Shown here in pieces: positions 31,301 to 33,525 of a stretch of 33,525 nt of DNA. Every line of letters begins with the position of its first letter. Position 1 is the first letter of the stretch. The position numbers were made by a program, and so were the translations under genes. The stretch comes from Octopus sinensis (lineage: Eukaryota): the NCBI RefSeq assembly GCF_006345805.1, contig NW_021829929.1, positions 1 through 33,525 of the forward strand. The letters run 5' to 3'. The notes under the pieces were generated by a model, which was not told where the DNA came from, did no database searches, and saw only the letters and a list, made by a program, of their open reading frames with translations.

Positions 31301-31498
31301 GCAATGGCCTAGTGGTTAGGGCAGCGGACTTGCGGTCGGAGGATCGCGGTTTCGATTCCCAGACCGGGCGTTGTGTGTGTTTATTGAGCGAAAACACCTA
31401 AAAGCTCCACGAGGCTCCGGCAGGGGATGGTGGTGATCCCTGCTGTACTCAAAAGGCGGTGCTCCAGCATGGCCGTAGTCAAATGACTGAAACAAGTA
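31301..31498 (+). mobile_element. Chimeric SINE: family C-like head plus family A tail
   Basis: 31301-31450 matches the 16191-16455 family; 31451-31498 matches the family A tail. Confidence 0.7.
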
Positions 31499-31516
31499 CA
31501 AAAAAAAAATATATAT

Positions 31517-31563
<47 letters not shown>

Positions 31564-31566
31564 AAA

Positions 31567-31710
31567 TTTTATAGAAGGAGCTTCTACAGGACTAGAACTG
31601 TTTCATTCAAATGAAATCATCTGGAAGCTTTGTGATTGTTGACACAAAGCTTCCTGATGATTTCATTTGAATGAAACAGTTCTAGTCCTGTAGAAGCTCC
31701 TTCTATAAAA
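31567..31710. repeat. 68-bp near-perfect palindrome with 8-nt loop
   Basis: 31567-31634 pairs with 31643-31710 with a single T.T mismatch (31622/31655). Confidence 0.95.
31648..31698 (+). ncRNA. Type I hammerhead-like motif in the palindrome right arm
   Basis: Stem I AGCTTC/GAAGCT; CTGATGA; stem II TTC-ATTT-GAA with U.U at 10.1:11.1; GAAA; stem III ACAG/CTGT; GUA triplet, predicted cut after 31692. Confidence 0.7.
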
Positions 31711-31835
31711 TAAATTAATTTACTCTGCTATGTATTGAGTACCTTATTTACTGTGGTTAACCCCGACTCAACCCGGGACCTACATATATATATATATATA
31801 TACTTTATTTAAAGCAGCAGAAAATTCAACAAAAC

Positions 31836-31873
31836 CTGTTACTCTGAGTTTCCCGTTGCCGTTCATCGGACAG
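31836..31873 (-). ncRNA. Variant minimal hammerhead-like motif (CCGAUGA core)
   Basis: On -: CTGT CCGATGA ACG-GCAA-CGG GAAA CTC-A-GAG T A ACAG; related copies at 18001-18038 (-) and 18061-18098 (+). Confidence 0.5.
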
Positions 31874-32023
31874 TTTTTACTACATATATATATATACACA
31901 CACGCACACACACATATATATATATATATGACTAGCTAGCGCGGAAAAGATCCTATATATGTGTATATATATATACACACACAAGCACATATATATATAT
32001 ACACACATATATAAGATCTTTTC

Positions 32024-32197
32024 CGCGCTAGCTAGTCATGACTAGTTGATCCTTATTTTGTGTTTTTGTGTTTTATTTACTTTGTTTAACAAAAATTATT
32101 CATTTTGTGTCTTATTTACTTTGCTAGGTAGCCGTTGTAGGATCGACAAATGACGACTAGCAAGTGCGCGCACCGGAACCACAGTTCGCTAGTAGTA
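32024..32197. mobile_element. MITE-like family 2, left end replaced
   Basis: Interior and right terminus match the copies at 22401 and 28522. Confidence 0.7.
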
Positions 32198-32399
32198 TTG
32201 TGTGATGGTCGTGGTTGGATCGGACGGAAGCCTTTCCTTACAAGTTTGCTGTCATATTAATATGATACGTGGCACACCCCTCCTACCTTTCACTATATTA
32301 GTTATTGATCTCCTTACCACTAATGACCAAACTTTTACTTCCGTTTATCACTGTCTTTGGACGTCTTCTTTATTCTTTTTATCATAAACCGAGGTCCCT

Positions 32400-32993
32400 T
32401 TCTTCTTTTCTACTCTAGGCACAAGGCCCGAAATTTTGCCGGAGGGGCCAGTCGGTAAGATTGACCTCAGTATGCTTAATTTAATACTTAATTTATCGAA
32501 CTAGAAAGGATGAAGGCGAAGTCGACCTCGGCGGAATTTGAGTTCAGAACTTAACGGCAAACGAAATACCTATTTCTGTTTCTTTACTACCTACAAGGGG
32601 CTAAACACAGAGAGGACAAACGAGGAAAGACAAAGGGATTAAGTCGATTATATCGACCCCAGTGCTTAACTGGTACTTATTTAATCGACCCCGAAAGGAT
32701 AAAAGGCAAAGTCGACCTTGGCGGAATTTGAGTTCAGAACTTAACGGCTAACGAAATACCTATTTCTGTTTCTTTACTACCCACAAGGGGCTAAACACAG
32801 AGAGGACAAACGAGGAAAGACAAAGGGATTAAGGCGATTATATTGACTCCAGTGCGTAACTGGTACTTATTTAATCGACCCCGAAAGGATAAAAGGCAAA
32901 GTCGACCTCGGCGGAATTTGAACTGAGAACGTAACGGCAGACGAAATACCTCTAAGCACTTCGCCCACCGTGTAACGATTCTACCTGTTCGCC
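32400..32993 (-). repeat. Tandem array of SINE family B units (190-bp period)
   Basis: GTCGACCT(C/T)GGCGGAATTTG at 32521, 32711 and 32901; only the last unit has a complete head. Confidence 0.9.
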
Positions 32994-33525
32994 GGGGCCA
33001 GTTTATTACAAAACCCAATAAGAACCAATAAGTTAAAATACTAGAGGACTCGAGCCCTCAATAATGCTGGGGTTTGTGTTGGAAATTCTGCACGATCGGA
33101 GTATGAGTACGAGTGAAAACGCGGAAGTAGCAGGTAAGCAAGGAAATTACATTTATCACATTTCGAAAGAGACATCAAAAGGGAGTTTATTTTTAACGAA
33201 ATTTTCTAATATAGGGGTAGCTATGAGGTAACACGTTTACCTCTCAACCACATGGTTCCGGGTTCAGTTCCGCTGTATGAAATTTTGGTAAATTTTACCG
33301 AAATTTTCTATAAATATGCTTCGGGTTGTGTAGATTCCAATGATATCGGATTTTATTGTGAATTTTTTTTTTCCCGAGGGCGGAGAGAGAAATTTCGGAA
33401 AATTCACGAGAAGACTTTGTTTCCTCGTAACTTTCAGAAAAAAGGGGTTATGTTTACAATATGGGCGGAGGTAACGACAATGGACCGTAATTTATGTTCC
33501 AAACCCCAGTTTAGGAGTGATGAAG

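Overview
AT-rich, repeat-dense animal genomic DNA, most likely Octopus (cephalopod). This is inferred from the C2H2 zinc-finger style (MPKE.GK start, HTGEKPYHCDICGKSF repeats), long (TA)n tracts and tRNA-derived SINE families. Genes: two tandemly duplicated multi-finger C2H2 genes on + (copy 1 is split by a +1 frameshift and has 20 downstream fingers; copy 2 is intact with 7 fingers). There is one core histone quartet in two divergent pairs (H2A<->H2B, H4<->H3), each gene with a 3' stem-loop and no H1 in the window. A third, decayed zinc-finger leader lies on - near 29.9-30.4 kb. The rest is SINEs, MITE-like elements, piggyBac/hAT/LINE/Helitron-like remnants, a foldback element and many local inverted repeats. 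The most notable signal is a set of type I hammerhead-ribozyme-like motifs from about five unrelated repeat families. The best is a tandem pair at 29506-29552 and 30160-30219, with predicted GUC cleavage sites 661 nt apart, a self-complementary stem III and a chain of hairpins. This pair brackets an antisense zinc-finger leader fragment, a retrozyme-like layout. A second sits in a 68-bp palindrome at 31567-31710 whose only mismatch falls in the catalytic core. All folds were read by eye; no search or folding program was run.
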